A stretch of 64,000 nt of DNA. Origin: the human T2T-CHM13v2.0 reference genome, Homo sapiens. The notes beneath the pieces are model-generated. The model was given only the letters and a program-made list of their open reading frames with translations. It was not told the origin of the DNA and ran no database searches. Position numbers and translations under genes: made by a program. Every line of letters starts with the position of its first letter. The stretch's first letter is position 1. The stretch lies in the NCBI RefSeq assembly GCF_009914755.1, contig NC_060945.1; one strand, written 5' to 3'. Of the stretch, positions 27,665 to 44,629 are shown one piece after another.

Positions 27665-28562
27665 TTCTTTTTTCTCTTCTTTTTTTTAACTTTTATTTTA
27701 AGTTCAGGGGTACAAGTGCAGGTTTGTTACATAGGTAAACTTGTGTCATGGGGGTTTGTTGTACAGATTATTTCATCACCCAGGTATTAAACCTAGTACC
27801 CATTAGTTATTTTTCCTTCTCCTCCTCCTCCTCCCACCCTCCCCCTTCCAAAAGGCCCCAGGGTACAACCCTCTATGTGTCCAAGTGTTCTCAACATTTA
27901 GCGTCCACGTATAAGTAAGAACATTCAGTGTTTGGTTTTCTGTTCTTGTGTTAGTTTGCTAAGGATAATGGCTTCCAGCTCCATCCATGTCCCTGCAAGG
28001 ACATAATCTTCTGTTTTTATGGATTCATAATATTCCATTGTGTATATATACTACATTTTCTTTATCCAGTCTATCATTGATGGACATTTATGTTGATTCC
28101 ATGTCTTTCCTATTGTGGATAGTGCTGTAATGAACATACACATGCATGTGTCTTTATAACAGATGATTTATATTCATATGGGTAGATACTCAGTAATGGG
28201 ATTGCTGGGTTGGATGGTATTTCTGTCTTTAGGTCTTTGAGAAATCGCCAAACTGTCTTCCACAATGACTGAACTAATTTACATTCCCACCAACTGTGTA
28301 TAAGTGTTCCTTTTTCTCCACAACCTTGCCAGTATCTGCTATTTTTTGACTTTTTAATAATAGCCATTCTGATTGGTGTGAGATGGTATCTCATTGTGGT
28401 TTTGATTTACGTTTCTTAAGTGATGTTGAGCTTTTTTTCATATGCTTGTTGGCTGCATGTATGTTTTCTTTTGGAAAGTGTCTGTTCATGTCCTTTGCCC
28501 ACTTTTTAATGGGGTAGTTTGTGGGATTTTTTTGGTAAATTTGTTTAAGTTCCTTATAGATG
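27665..28562 (-). mobile_element. 5'-truncated L1PA (L1PA13-16-like): 3'UTR plus ORF2 C-terminus
   Basis: Poly-T, gtacaagtgcaggtttgttacataggtaaacttgtgtcatggg; ORF 28110-28394 [38 protein letters not shown] matches the L1 ORF2p C-terminal region. Confidence 0.92.
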
Positions 28563-28849
28563 TAAAGGCATAAAACACATACCCTGTCTTTGGTACTGGT
28601 TTTTTGTAAAACGTGAACACTATGATTAGCTTGAACGAAGAATCTTTTCCTGATATTTGCAGAGTTTAATTCCATCTTGTAAAGGGAAAGACATGTTTTC
28701 ATACATTTATACATGTTCTTTCATAAACACCTTAAGATATAATATTTGATTTCCAATTAAGTTGTAATCATGCCTACAATGCTTTCCAGCTTCTTTCTTT
28801 CAAAGCTCCCCATTTACTAGCTGTTGTCCATTTCTCCCGCTTTCTCTTT

Positions 28850-29215
28850 TCACACTTCACACCTTCCACTCTGAGAGTCAGCCAAATGCAACAACTTTTT
28901 GTTCCTTAAATGGGTCATGCTTTCTCTTACTTTTTACTTTTTATTTTTTTCCTTAGTCTTGTGCATGCTGTTTGCTCTGATAGAACACATTGTTCACTTC
29001 TCTGTTTCTACTCATTTTTCAAGTCTTAGATTTTTGTCATTAACTTTTTCGGGGAATTTTATTCTTCTAATCCTCCCTACACCCCAGCACAGGCTGCGAG
29101 TATTTCTATTGCATTTGTACTGAAACTTTCATCAGAATTTATTTCACTCTTGCCTTGTCTACATCTCTCTCTGGGCTGAAAGCTCCTAAGGGTAGGACTG
29201 TGTTCGTTCACTGGT
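28850..29215 (+). mobile_element. L2 3' fragment (tail resumes ~30510)
   Basis: ttgtgcatgctgtttgctctg...ctgaaagctcctaagggtaggactgtgtt; tail gaatatttattgaacaactgaat. Confidence 0.6.
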
Positions 29216-29497
29216 AAATATTTCCTTTTTAAACAAATGCATGTATTCAAGTATAACCTACAAACTGAAAAGTATGTGAATCCTAAGTGTACAGCTGGTT
29301 GAGCTTTCACAAAATGACATACACATGTTATTACCACCCACAAGATATTGTCAGTTCCCTAGAAGCGCACTACCACCCTCCACCTGTAATTTATGCTCTC
29401 TGCAAGTCACTAACCACTAACCCCTCTTTCTCCTCCTGTATGTACCCAAAGATAGTCACTATCCTGACCTCTAATGCCATGAAATGATTTTGCCTGT

Positions 29498-29753
29498 TGT
29501 ATTAGTTTGTTAAGGCTGTCATAACAAAGCACCACAAAATGGGTGGCATAAACAACAGAAATTTATTGTCTCATGGTTACGGAGGCTAAAAGCCCAACAT
29601 CAAGGTGTTAGCAGAGACAGTTCCTTCTGAGGGCCGTGAGGAAGAATTTGTTTCATCCCTCTTCCCTAATTCTTGGTGGTTTGCTGACAATTTTGGTATT
29701 TGTTGGCTTGTAGAAGTATCAGCCTGATCTGTGCCTTCATATTCACGTGGTGT

Positions 29754-29784
<31 letters not shown>

Positions 29785-30022
29785 TTCTCTCTCTCTCTCT
29801 GTGTATGTATGTGTGTGTGTCTGTGTCTGTGTCCAAATTTACCCATTTAATAAGGACACTGGTCACGTTGGATTAGGGTCACACACTATTCCACTATAAC
29901 TTCATATTACTTAATTACATCTGCAATGACCCTATTTCCAACAAAGGTCACATTTTGAGGTGCTGAAAGTGCGGTCTTCAACATTTGAATGTGAAGTAGA
30001 AGAGATAATTCCACCCATAATA
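29498..30022 (-). mobile_element. MLT1C MaLR LTR with (CT)n/(GT)n expansion
   Basis: tgtattagtttg...taaacaacagaaatttattgtctca...ttaattacatctgcaatgaccctatttccaa...aggtcacatt. Confidence 0.85.
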
Positions 30023-30139
30023 ACTATTTTTAAACTTCAATTAAATAGAATTATATACCATATATTCTTCTGTGTCATCTTCTTTGATTTGCTATTACAT
30101 TAATGCAACTTGTACATATTGTGTTATTAGTCTTCCATT

Positions 30140-30280
30140 TCTTTCTTTATTTTTGTTTTTCTTTTCAAGATAGAGTCTCACTATGTTGCTTAGGCTAGAC
30201 TGAAACTCCTGGGCTCAAGAGACCCTTCTGCCTCAGCCTCCTGAGCAGCTGGGACTGCAGGTGTACACCAACATGCTCAG
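30140..30280 (-). mobile_element. FLAM (Alu monomer)
   Basis: Single antisense monomer gtctcactatgttgc...ctcctgggctcaag; TSD ttccatt. Confidence 0.8.
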
Positions 30281-30615
30281 TTCCATTCATTCATTTTGAT
30301 TGCTATACTGTGTTCCACTGAATGTTTATGCCATATATATCTATGTGTCTATGTCTACATTTGTAGCTATCTATACCTATGTCTATATCATCTATATCTA
30401 TATAGCCATTCTACTGGAAAGGATACTAGAGTGTTTACAGTTTGGGGCTATTAACATATAGTGCTACTATAAAAATTTTTGTACATGGATTTTGGTACAT
30501 ATATGTAAGTGAATATTTATTGAACAACTGAATTATGATAAGGCAGGAAAGTGATTTATTTATACTTTAATAGCATTCCTAAATGAACAAGTGTCAAAGT
30601 TTGGGTGGAGGAATC

Positions 30616-30890
30616 CAGTGTTTCTCTAAACTTGCTTCTTAGAATATTAGTTTTGTAGCATCTTAATGGGTGTCACTTTCTAAAAAAGTTACATGACTGA
30701 AAACATTTGGAAATATTGGACTGAACAAATTAAACCATTTTGTTTGTTCTTCTTATACTGCAGGATTTTTTCAATTGCCTTTTTTTTCCCCTAGAGAGTA
30801 AATGTGAAAGACAGTTCTCATATTTGACAGGGAAGCTCTTTTTGTTTTGAGGAAGATATAGCTAGGACCAAAATTCTAGTAGGTTCTATA
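30616..30890 (+). mobile_element. MER103C-like hAT MITE
   Basis: cagtgtttctctaaa...tttggaaatattggactgaacaaattaaac...tactgcagga. Confidence 0.5.
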
Positions 30891-31814
30891 CTTTGTTACT
30901 AAATGGGTACTGGGTTATTATCTTTTTAAATTTTATATTACAAAATATTTGGTAAATTACTTAAACCTAAGAGTGTCAGGAGGATGAAAAGATGGTTTGC
31001 ATTATAGTACATTTGCTAACTTAAGTTTTCACATTTTTGCTTGTTTGGGGGCTAGTTTAAGTTTCTTGAGGTATTGTTTATATTTCATTGATAATCTGCA
31101 TTTTTAGAGGGGAATCTCTCATGTACAGGTTTTCTGTGATTAAAAAAAAGGCTTTCACTATAAAGAGAAGCCTCAAAACTTAGCAAGAGTACTGATCAAT
31201 CAACCACAGCTAAACACATGTTATCATTTTACTGATCCCCAGTGTGATTAATGCTTAAAAAAAGAACAACCCCATTTAAATTCCCTTTGCAACTTCATTT
31301 GTTGTAGCACAATAGATTAAAGGCTTACAAAAGGAGTTGTTTCTATTGTCTATCTTAAAAGAATTTTAATTACCAAATGCATTAAACTTTTATATTAATT
31401 AAGTGGTTTTGGGTTGTAGTCATCCAGGCATCAGCACTATTCCTGATGTCTCATTTTGCTGACTGCAGGCTGAAGGAAAGCTTGCCCCAGACACAGCAAC
31501 AGGACCCAGGCTGCCAAGCAGCACAGGGCCAAACAAAAGGGCTTGCACCTCAATTAAATTGAAAGTCTCTGAGCTGCTCTTGCAATCCAGATGGCAAGTA
31601 AATTCATATCTTCAGGAGGGATTTAATTAAGATATATTCATTGCAAGCATGAAGCCAGGAATTCAATCTCAAGAAAGCTTAAAAAATTGCAGTGGCACTT
31701 TAAAAATAACTACAATATAAGTAGGATCTAGACCACTCAAAAGTCAAGGGTTCTGTTCTAGACAACTTAGGAGTCTGGTGCTTTAGGCTAGTGTAGTCAA
31801 CTTCAGTTTTTTTT

Positions 31815-31985
31815 ATTGGTGGTTAAAAGCAAAGGCTTTGGAATTAGACAAATTTAGTTTCAAAGGTTAGCCTTGGCAATCACTAATTCTATGACTTAAC
31901 TTTTCCTGTAGCTTCTGTTTCTTCAACTGTTGGATGAGTATAACACCTACATCATAAGATTTTTGTGAGGATTAAACGAGAAATA
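31815..31985 (+). mobile_element. MIR SINE
   Basis: gtggttaaaagcaaaggctttggaattagaca...tttgtgaggattaaacgaga. Confidence 0.7.
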
Positions 31986-31989
31986 TCCT

Positions 31990-32610
31990 AATGATTCTCA
32001 AGTTTGTGTCATTAGCCCTGGTCATTTCCTCATCTAGTCATTTCCTCCTAGTCATTTCCTCATCTCCAAAACTGTCTAACCACTTATTTGACATCTCTAC
32101 TTGGATTTATGATAGACATCTCAGACTTAAATTAGCTAAAACAAAACTGTCGATTACCCCAAACCCAGAACATGTGTGTCCCAGTTCTTCTCACTTGGAA
32201 TGCTTCCGCTATCCAGCCAGCTGCTCAAGCCAAAAAGCCAGGAGTTACTGTTCTCTTTCCATGTTCTCCCTCAAACAATTCTGTTAACTCCACCTCTGAT
32301 ATATATCTTGAATATCTGGAACATGTCCTCTTTTTTTCTGTCTCTATTGCCATCACATTGGTACAGTGTTTTCCAAGCTTAGTGGTACTGATATTTTGGA
32401 ACGGATAGTTCTTTATCATGGGGCTTGTCTTGTGCATTGTGCGATGTTTAGCAGCATCTCTGACCTCTATTCACTAGATGTCAGTAGTGTTCCCCAAGTT
32501 GTGAAACAAAAACGCCTCCAGACATTGACAATCGTCATTTGGGAGAAACAAGTCTACTCTAGTTGAGAACTGCTGTACTCATACAAGCCATCATCCCCTC
32601 TTGACAGAAA
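31990..32610 (+). mobile_element. L2 fragment (hosts MER20)
   Basis: ttgacatctctacttggat...atctcagacttaa...ctgctcaagccaaaaa. Confidence 0.6.
32364..32575 (-). mobile_element. MER20
   Basis: tgatattttgga...tgtgcattgtgcgatgtttagcagcatc...ccagacattg...gttgagaactgctg. Confidence 0.85.
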
Positions 32611-32769
32611 AAATCACCATCACAAAACTCACTTGTGGTATTTTATATTTGTTTTTATTTCGTCGATCCACTTAAGTTTTTCTGTTTTATAATCATGTGA
32701 TTCATCATTTTAAATAAAGATAATTTTGCCTCCTTTTAATCTTTAAAATGTTTTTCCTTTGACATTTAT

Positions 32770-33213
32770 TATACATTCTGGTATCTATTGCTGCATATAG
32801 AAACTCAGACATATGGTTTGAAACAGCAATAATATTTATTTGGCTCACAAATCTGCAATTTGAGCAGCAGTTGGTAAGGACAGATCATCTCTGCTCTGCT
32901 CAGGGCAGCAGGGATGGCTAAAACTCTGGACAATGGGCTGCTTTGCAACATGGTAGCTAGCTTCCAAGACACAGTCCCTCAAAAAGGAGGGAGCCACGTG
33001 GAGCCAAATTGCTCCTCAGAACCTAACTTCAGAATTCAAACGGTGTTACTTCTGTTGTAGTTTTATTTATCAAGAGAGTCACAAAAATATTCTATCTTTC
33101 AGTGGCAGGGTAAATAATCTCCACCTTTTAATGAGAGAATGACAAAGTCCTAGACAAGTGTATTGAATCTAAATGACTCCTGTGGCCATTTTTAGAAAAT
33201 ACTACCTGCTACA
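32770..33213 (-). mobile_element. MLT1F/G-like MaLR LTR
   Basis: tatctattgctgcat...gctcacaaatctgcaatttg...tgtggccatttttagaaaatactacctgctaca. Confidence 0.65.
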
Positions 33214-33270
33214 CTATTATTTTAAGATGAATTTTAAGTTGGAAGTTTTTGTTTTGTTCTTAACTTAGAA

Positions 33271-33896
33271 TGTATACTGGCTTTCTGTTCTATATTACAA
33301 GTTATTACAGACTTGAGGCTTAAAACAGTAAAAATTTATTCTGTGGTTTCTGTAGATCAGAAATCTGGGCTCACCTTAGCTGAATTCTCTGCTCAGGGTT
33401 TCGTAAAGCTGGAATCAAGCTGTCAGCCAGGCCGCACCCTTTCTGGAGATAGGAGTCCTTATTTAAACTCTCATGATTAGTGGTAAAAATCAGTTCTGTG
33501 TGGCTCGGGGCTGAGGACCCTGTTCTCTTGCTGTTTGTCAGCTGGTGGATCTCCTAGTTCCTAGGATCTGCCTATAGCTCCTTGCCACATGTGCCCCACA
33601 AGCTCTCCATTAGACCCTCTTACGCTTCAAATGTATCTTCCAGGGAAGTTCCAGGTGCTCTTATGATTAGGACAGCCTCATTTGGAGGATCTTCCTTTTG
33701 ATTAACTTAAAATCAACTGACTAGTAACCTTAATTATACATACAAAATCCCTTTTGCCATGTAACATGGTACAATCAAGGGAGTGATACCCCTTATCATT
33801 ACAGGTTTTGACTACACTCAAAGGGAGGCAGTTGTATGAGGTATGAACATTAGGAAGTAGAAATCTTGGGGTCCGTCTTAGAATTCTGCCTTCCAG
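33271..33896 (-). mobile_element. MLT1E-family MaLR LTR
   Basis: cttttgattaacttaaaatcaactga...tacaaaatcccttttgccatgtaaca...cttagaattctgcc. Confidence 0.75.
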
Positions 33897-34563
33897 AGAA
33901 TGTTTATAACATTTCTCCATTAAACAATGCTAATTCGGGGTTTGAGATGTATGTGAGTACGTCTGTCTGATATAAAGGGTATCTATTTCTATTTCACAAT
34001 ACATCTTTGTCTTGTGAATTATTATGTTAAATTATATTAATATATTTTCAAATTTTATCAACTTGATATTCTTGAAATTACCTTACTTGATATTACTGAA
34101 TTCTTTTGTACTATAATTTTATTTAGGAGTTTAAATCATAATTTGTGGATATCCTTGATCCCATAGATTCCTTTTATTGTCCTGTCTTTTAGTTTGGGGA
34201 CCAATGTCATGTGGAACTGTGAAGAATTTCCCATCTTATACTTTGAGTGTTTTAAACAGCAATGGAGTTTTCTGTTCCATGAATGCTTGCTAATATGTAC
34301 CTATGAAAATATTTAAGCCTAGTAATTCTGTGGAATTTTTTGTAGGAATGGAAGTAGATTTCTTAATTTTTTTTAGATTCTCCTCTGGTAAAACAACTTG
34401 TTTTGTTTTTCTATTTCAGAGTCAGTTTGGTAATTCATGTTTTAAAAATATGTTTATTTAATCAGATTTTTAAATATAGTTGTATACAGGTGAGACAAAT
34501 ATCCAATTTTAGAATTGTTTAATCTTTTAAAATAAAAAGTTATTTCACCATTCCCATTTCTCT

Positions 34564-34566
<3 letters not shown>

Positions 34567-34608
<42 letters not shown>
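34567..34608. repeat. (TG)21 microsatellite
   Basis: Uninterrupted TG run. Confidence 0.95.
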
Positions 34609-34611
<3 letters not shown>

Positions 34612-34620
34612 TTTGGATGA

Positions 34621-34961
<341 letters not shown>

Positions 34962-35144
34962 TTTATTAAGATTTTTGAAGGATCAGCTCTTTGATTTATT
35001 TCTACCATTTTAAAATTCACCACTTTATCTTTGTATCTGTTTATTTTTTTCTTTTATTTTTGTTATTTAAACTAACATTAAAACAAGCCTATGATGTAAG
35101 TAGGCTATTTGTACCCTTTTGCAAATGAGAAACCTGAGACCTGG

Positions 35145-35688
35145 TGTGATGGTTGATATTGAGTGTCAACTTGATCAGATTGAAAAATGCAAAGTATTGT
35201 TCCTGGGTTTGTCTGTGTGGGTGTTTCCAAAAAAGATTAATATTTGAGTCAGTGGACTGGGAGAGGCAGACTCACCCTCAATCTGGGCAGGCACCATCTA
35301 ATCAGCTGCCAGTGTGGCTAGGATAAAAGCAGGCAGAGGAACATGAAAAGACCAGACTGGCTGAGTCTTCTGGCCTCCATCTTTCTCCTGTGCTGAATTC
35401 TTCCTGCCCTCAAATATCGGACTCCAAGTTCTTCAACTTTTGGACTCCTGGACCTATACCAGTGGTTTGCCAGGGTCTCTCAGACCTTCCCACCGCAAAC
35501 TGAAGGCTGCCCTGTTGGCTTCACTACTTTTGAGGTTTTGGGACTCAGATTGGCTTCCTTGCTCCTCAGCTTGCAGATGGTGGGACTTCACCTTGTGATC
35601 GTGTGAGTCAATATGCCTTAATAAAGTCTCTTTTATGTGTACAACTATCCTATTAGGTCTGTCCCTCTAGAAAACCCTGACTAATACA
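35145..35688 (+). mobile_element. MLT2A (HERVL) solo LTR inserted in an antisense MIR
   Basis: tgtgatggtt...gagtgtcaacttgat...gagtcagtggactgggagaggcagac...ccctgactaataca; 5-bp TSD cctgg/tctgg; MIR halves on both flanks. Confidence 0.9.
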
Positions 35689-35789
35689 TCTGGGGAGGCT
35701 GACTAACGTGCCTATGGTCATAGTCAGTGGGTGGCAGAGCTTAAATTTAAATCCAAGCATTTTTGCTCCAGAACTTGAGTTGTCAGCAC

Positions 35790-40100
<4,311 letters not shown>

Positions 40101-40104
40101 TATT

Positions 40105-40750
40105 TGGTTTTCTATGCTGTGTAACAACCAAAAATTTTGACTTAAAACAACACCCATTTATTGCCTCTCAGTTAATAAAGGTCAGAAATGTGAGTACTGC
40201 TCAGGAGGGTTCTTTGCTCAGAGTTTCTGAAAAGCTGAAATCAGGGTGTCATCTTGGGGTAGGTTCTCATCTGGAGCTGTGGTCCTCTCCCAAGCCCATT
40301 CAGTTTACTGGCAGAATTTAGTTTACTGGTGGAATTCAGTTCCTTGCAGTTTTAGATCTGAGGCTCTCAGCTCCTAGAGGCCACTCCACGCTATAGGCAG
40401 TTAAGAACATGGCTGCTTGCTTTTTTAAAACCAGAAATATAATATCCCTCTCACTTCTTACGTCTCTGACCTCTATACCCTTTGTTAAAAAGCTTATCTG
40501 CTTATGCAGCTTCATCCAGGATAATATCTCCATTAGTTAACCTAAATTCAATTGATTAGAGACTTTAATTACACCTTCTGAATCTCTTCATCTTTGTCAC
40601 TTAACACGATATGATCACAGGAGGAATGTTTCATCACCTTTGTCATATTCATTTTTCAGGAGCAAGTTATAGGTCCCATACATACTCATGAAGAAGGCAT
40701 TATCCAAGGTCACGGGCCATTGAGATTGTCATAGCATCCTGTCTACCTCC
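40105..40750 (-). mobile_element. MLT1E-family MaLR LTR
   Basis: ttttctatgctgtgtaacaa...ttaaaacaacacccatttatt...aattcagttccttgcagtt...ccaggataatatctcc. Confidence 0.7.
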
Positions 40751-41464
40751 TATAGTAAATTATAAGAAGTTTTTATTTTGTTAATCGGTTCAGTCATTTT
40801 AATTTATATTTTTGTATCTTCATAATGTAATAATCACATCAAGCATTACTATAGAGTAATAGCATACTGACTATATTCCAAATGACAAATGTAGTCAAAA
40901 TCTAATGCTCAGTGTGACAAGAGCAAGTTCTTGTAAAGTATGGTCTTTTCAGGGCTTGCTTAGGTTGGGGATTTGCTATTGATTACACAAATATATTTTG
41001 CTGCTTTAATTCTGCTCTCAAGGCCTTAGTCAATAATCAAAAGTCTATGCTATCTACATTGGTCTTCTTCCAATGTAAATATATTTTCTTGCTACGGGAT
41101 GAGAAAATATTTATATTGTTAATACCAAGTTTCCCATGAATGGGTTATTTTCTCAGAGTGTTTTATATGAGGAGCAATGTTGAGCTTCACAGGATAAAGG
41201 TATCCCTTTTAGATGTAAGTAAAGGCTAAATTAAAAAAAAATTATGCAACCAAATGAAAATTATAATGTACATGTTTGACCCAATCTTGACTTGTTTGTA
41301 AGGTACTTATAACACTACTATTTATCCCTGATAAAAATTTTAAAAACGAGTTTCTAAAATGAAATGCCAAAATACCTTCAAACAGAAAAAAATCTAAATA
41401 ACCATCCGTACTGTTCATAAATAGTTTTTTGGCAGGGAGGTAGAAGGGGAAACAAATACAGGAG

Positions 41465-41481
41465 ATATATATATATATCTT

Positions 41482-41522
<41 letters not shown>

Positions 41523-41523
41523 T

Positions 41524-41558
<35 letters not shown>

Positions 41559-41633
41559 TGGTATATATATATATATATCTTGGTATATATATATATCTTG
41601 GTATATATATATATATATATATATATATCTTGG

Positions 41634-41660
<27 letters not shown>
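41465..41660. repeat. Compound (TA)n VNTR with six CTTGG interruptions
   Basis: CTTGG at 41479, 41521, 41557, 41579, 41597 and 41629, between TA runs of variable length. Confidence 0.95.
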
Positions 41661-41665
<5 letters not shown>

Positions 41666-42391
41666 CAAGTCTCTCAGAGTAGTGGTGTTTCAGTTATTTT
41701 CATTTACATTATCAAAGGAAATCCTGTGTTCAAAAACAAACTTAAAAAATAATGTAACGCTAGATATGGAGATTGTATTTGAAAATCATATATACACAGC
41801 ACACAAAATAATTTTTTCTTGCAATTTTTTTATACTAGGTAAAGTGCTATTCCAAGAATTGGATTCGATATCTACTAGTTTTCTTTGAAATTTAATGCTA
41901 AAGTTTGAATTAAATGAAATTTTTATGACATCAATAATTCTAAAATTCTTTAAGGACTACATTGGATTATAAAACACAGTCACTCTTAGCCATTAACTTT
42001 CATACTTAAGGCCAAGTTTATAAGCTTTTCTTAATTTGTCATTTTTTGAAGATACAATTATTGCTGACAGGGCTTTTGGAGATAACTAATGGATGAATGT
42101 ATGAGTGTGCAAAAAATATGTTAAAATGATTAAATTGATTTTTTTTAATCAGAAAGAACTGGACCAGAAAGTTCCACTTGAATCAATTAGGGAAACATAC
42201 ACTCACTTTCTAACCTGGCAGAGCTTGTTTGTCAGGCCTGGACAAGGATAAAATTGTACCTTATTTTGTGCCACAGATGTAGTTCTGAGGGTTTACTTGT
42301 GCTTTGTGGTTTTGCAGATCAAACCAAATTTAAAATAGTAAGATAGATGCCTAGATATAAAGGCATTTTAGCAAATTCTTAGAGTAAATCA

Positions 42392-42612
42392 TTGTGGTTT
42401 AGCATGCAGACTCTGAAAAAGTATCTGTGCTCAAATCCTTGATTTTCCACTTTCAGCTATGTTTCTTTTAGCAAGACAAACTTCCCCCTTGTTTCTTTAT
42501 TTGTGAAATGCATATAATACTAGTTGATATCCCATACATTTGTAGACAGGATTGAGTTAATTCTGTGAAGCACTTAGACTAATGTGAATATTGTATGAAC
42601 TGGTTATTATCT
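42392..42612 (+). mobile_element. MIR SINE
   Basis: gtggtttagcatgcagactctg...ttctttatttgtgaaatg...tgtgaagcacttaga. Confidence 0.65.
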
Positions 42613-42769
42613 TCTGTTAAAACATTTACTTTATAGTGTGATTTTTCTGCTTTTATGTATTGAGGCTCTCTAAATTGCAGTACAGATGCATTAATGATAC
42701 CCAGTAAAGGAATCCTCATTTACCATGGTATCTTACATACCCATCCAGTGTCTTTTTGTCTTTTTCATC

Positions 42770-43770
42770 TATTCATTCATTTGGCAAATATTTTCAGAGA
42801 TGCCACTGTGTACCAGGTAGTGGTGGCTCATGCCTGTAATCTCAGCACTTTGGGAGACCAAGGTGGATGGATCACGAGGTCAGGAGTTTGAGACCAGCCT
42901 GGCCAACATAGTGAAATCCCATATCTACTAAAAATACAAAAAATTAGCTGGGCGTGGTGGTGTGTGCCTATAATCCCAGCTACTCAGGAGGCTGAGGCAG
43001 GAGAATTGCGTGAACCTGGGAGGCGGAGGTTGCAGTGAGCCGAGATGGCGCCATTGCACTCCAGCCCGGGCGACAGTGCGAGACTGTCTGGAGAAAAAAA
43101 AAAAAAGAAAGATATTGTTCCTTCCCTCCTGGAATTTATAATCAGATAAAGGAGACAGATGAAAAAGTAACCAATAAATGGAATACAGCTTGTAACAAAT
43201 TATATGGAACAAGCAAACGGTACTGAGATAGAGAGTATCAAAAGAGAGGCTGTTACTGGATAATCTGGAAAGTCCTCTTTGAGGAGATGACATTCAAACT
43301 AACCTTGAATTTTTAAGAGCCAGAGAGTGGCTGGCAAAGGATTCTAGACATGTGAAAGAAAGGCATGAAAGACCCTGGCTTGTGAAAAGAGCTAAAGACA
43401 ACATCATTGTGGCAATGGAGAAAACAAACCTTTTCTTTTGGTGAAGGGATTAGAAGTTCAGTTTTACAAATACTAATTTTGTTAAGTGTTTTAGACATCC
43501 AAAGAGATTTATAGTAGTAATTAAATATATAGATCTAAAACTCAAAAGAGTCTGAGGATGGAGAAATAATTGGAAAATAAAGACATGCCGGTTATATTTA
43601 AATCCATATGACTGAATAAGATCACCTAAGGAACAAGTTTATAAAAAGAAGATCAAGGACTGAAAAAACAGGAACAAAAACATTTAGAGATAAGTTAGAA
43701 GAATTGGCAAAGAAATATGTGAAAAAGAAGCTTAATGAGATTAAGAAAATCTGGAGAGTGTGAGGTCAGC
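42770..43770 (-). mobile_element. L2 3' region (split by Alu)
   Basis: Tail attcattcatttggcaaatattt...actgtgtaccagg; resumes gttccttccctcctggaatttata...gaggagatgacatt. Confidence 0.65.
42820..43107 (+). mobile_element. AluS (Sg-like), 5' end merged into L2, no TSD
   Basis: gtggctcatgcctgtaat...ggatcacgaggtcaggagtttgagaccagcc...A tail. Confidence 0.92.
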
Positions 43771-44629
43771 TACTCTAGGTCCATTATTAGGGATACAGTT
43801 AAGACCTTCATGTAGTCTGTTAGTTATATCTGTTTCATAAAATCAAAGGCTAGAGCCTCTTAAAACAGTATGGTAAGATTTCATGTTCATTGTGCATATC
43901 TATATACTATAGCTAAAGACATCAATAGTTACTATAAACAACAGATAAAAATGAACACATATAAATGAACTTCATGATTTACTCTTGTTCTAAGATATGC
44001 ATAACAAAATGTACCATTGCCTCCCTTGTGTTGGCAAATACAATTAATTCCTTCAGAGTAGCGAAGTTTTGTTTGAGTTTTTTGAAGCTTGTTTATCTAA
44101 TGCTATCTATTGTCCTTGAGTTCAAGCAAAATTAGTATTTTTTCCAAAGATTAAAAACTATTGCAGAAAAGTATGCTTGAACTAAATGTATTTTCAGCCC
44201 AAGGATAAGTAGATTCAACTTTAGTGGCAATTTGAAACCAAAAAGGGTTTATTGAAATGGAGGAATGTTATGATCAAAGATGTAATTTAGGAAAATTATT
44301 TTATAGATAGGATGAAGGAGGGGTAGGAGAAGAGAAATTGGAGGCAAGAGTACAAGGATGATCAAGAGGGGATGAACATGTGACCCATGAGACAGGCAAC
44401 ATAAGGAAGACAAAAAGGAAAATAAACACAACATTCATTGCAGAAAGAAGATAAAACTTAATTATAGGTTGTTGGGGTAAGGGATTAGAAGGAATCCATT
44501 ATTTGCAGAGAGTCTTGAGCTATGAGGTTAATAACAAAATGTTATTAAAATTATATTAAAAAATAAAGAATTTAAATCAAGAATACACCACAATTTCTGA
44601 CTTCTTCATCAAAAAAGTCCAAAGTGTGA

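Larger units (their letters stand above)
29225..30505 (-). mobile_element. L1ME-type 3' end (hosts MLT1C and FLAM)
   Basis: aatcctaagtgtacagct...atagtcactatcctgacctctaa...cagtttggggctatt...gtgctactataaaaatttttgtacatg. Confidence 0.65.

Noticed and set aside
28110-28714. ORFs with clear protein homology
   Set aside because: Broken L1 ORF2p C-terminus of a truncated L1PA; same for 35653-36051, 52823-53105 and 59020-59328
32471-32487. CTCF-like site within MER20 (tcactagatgtcag)
   Set aside because: Mismatches at core positions of the CTCF motif
41378-41888. YIYI-repeat ORFs and a repeat-spacer look resembling a CRISPR array
   Set aside because: Stop-free (TA)n tract; the spacers are just TA runs, the DNA is human, and there are no cas genes
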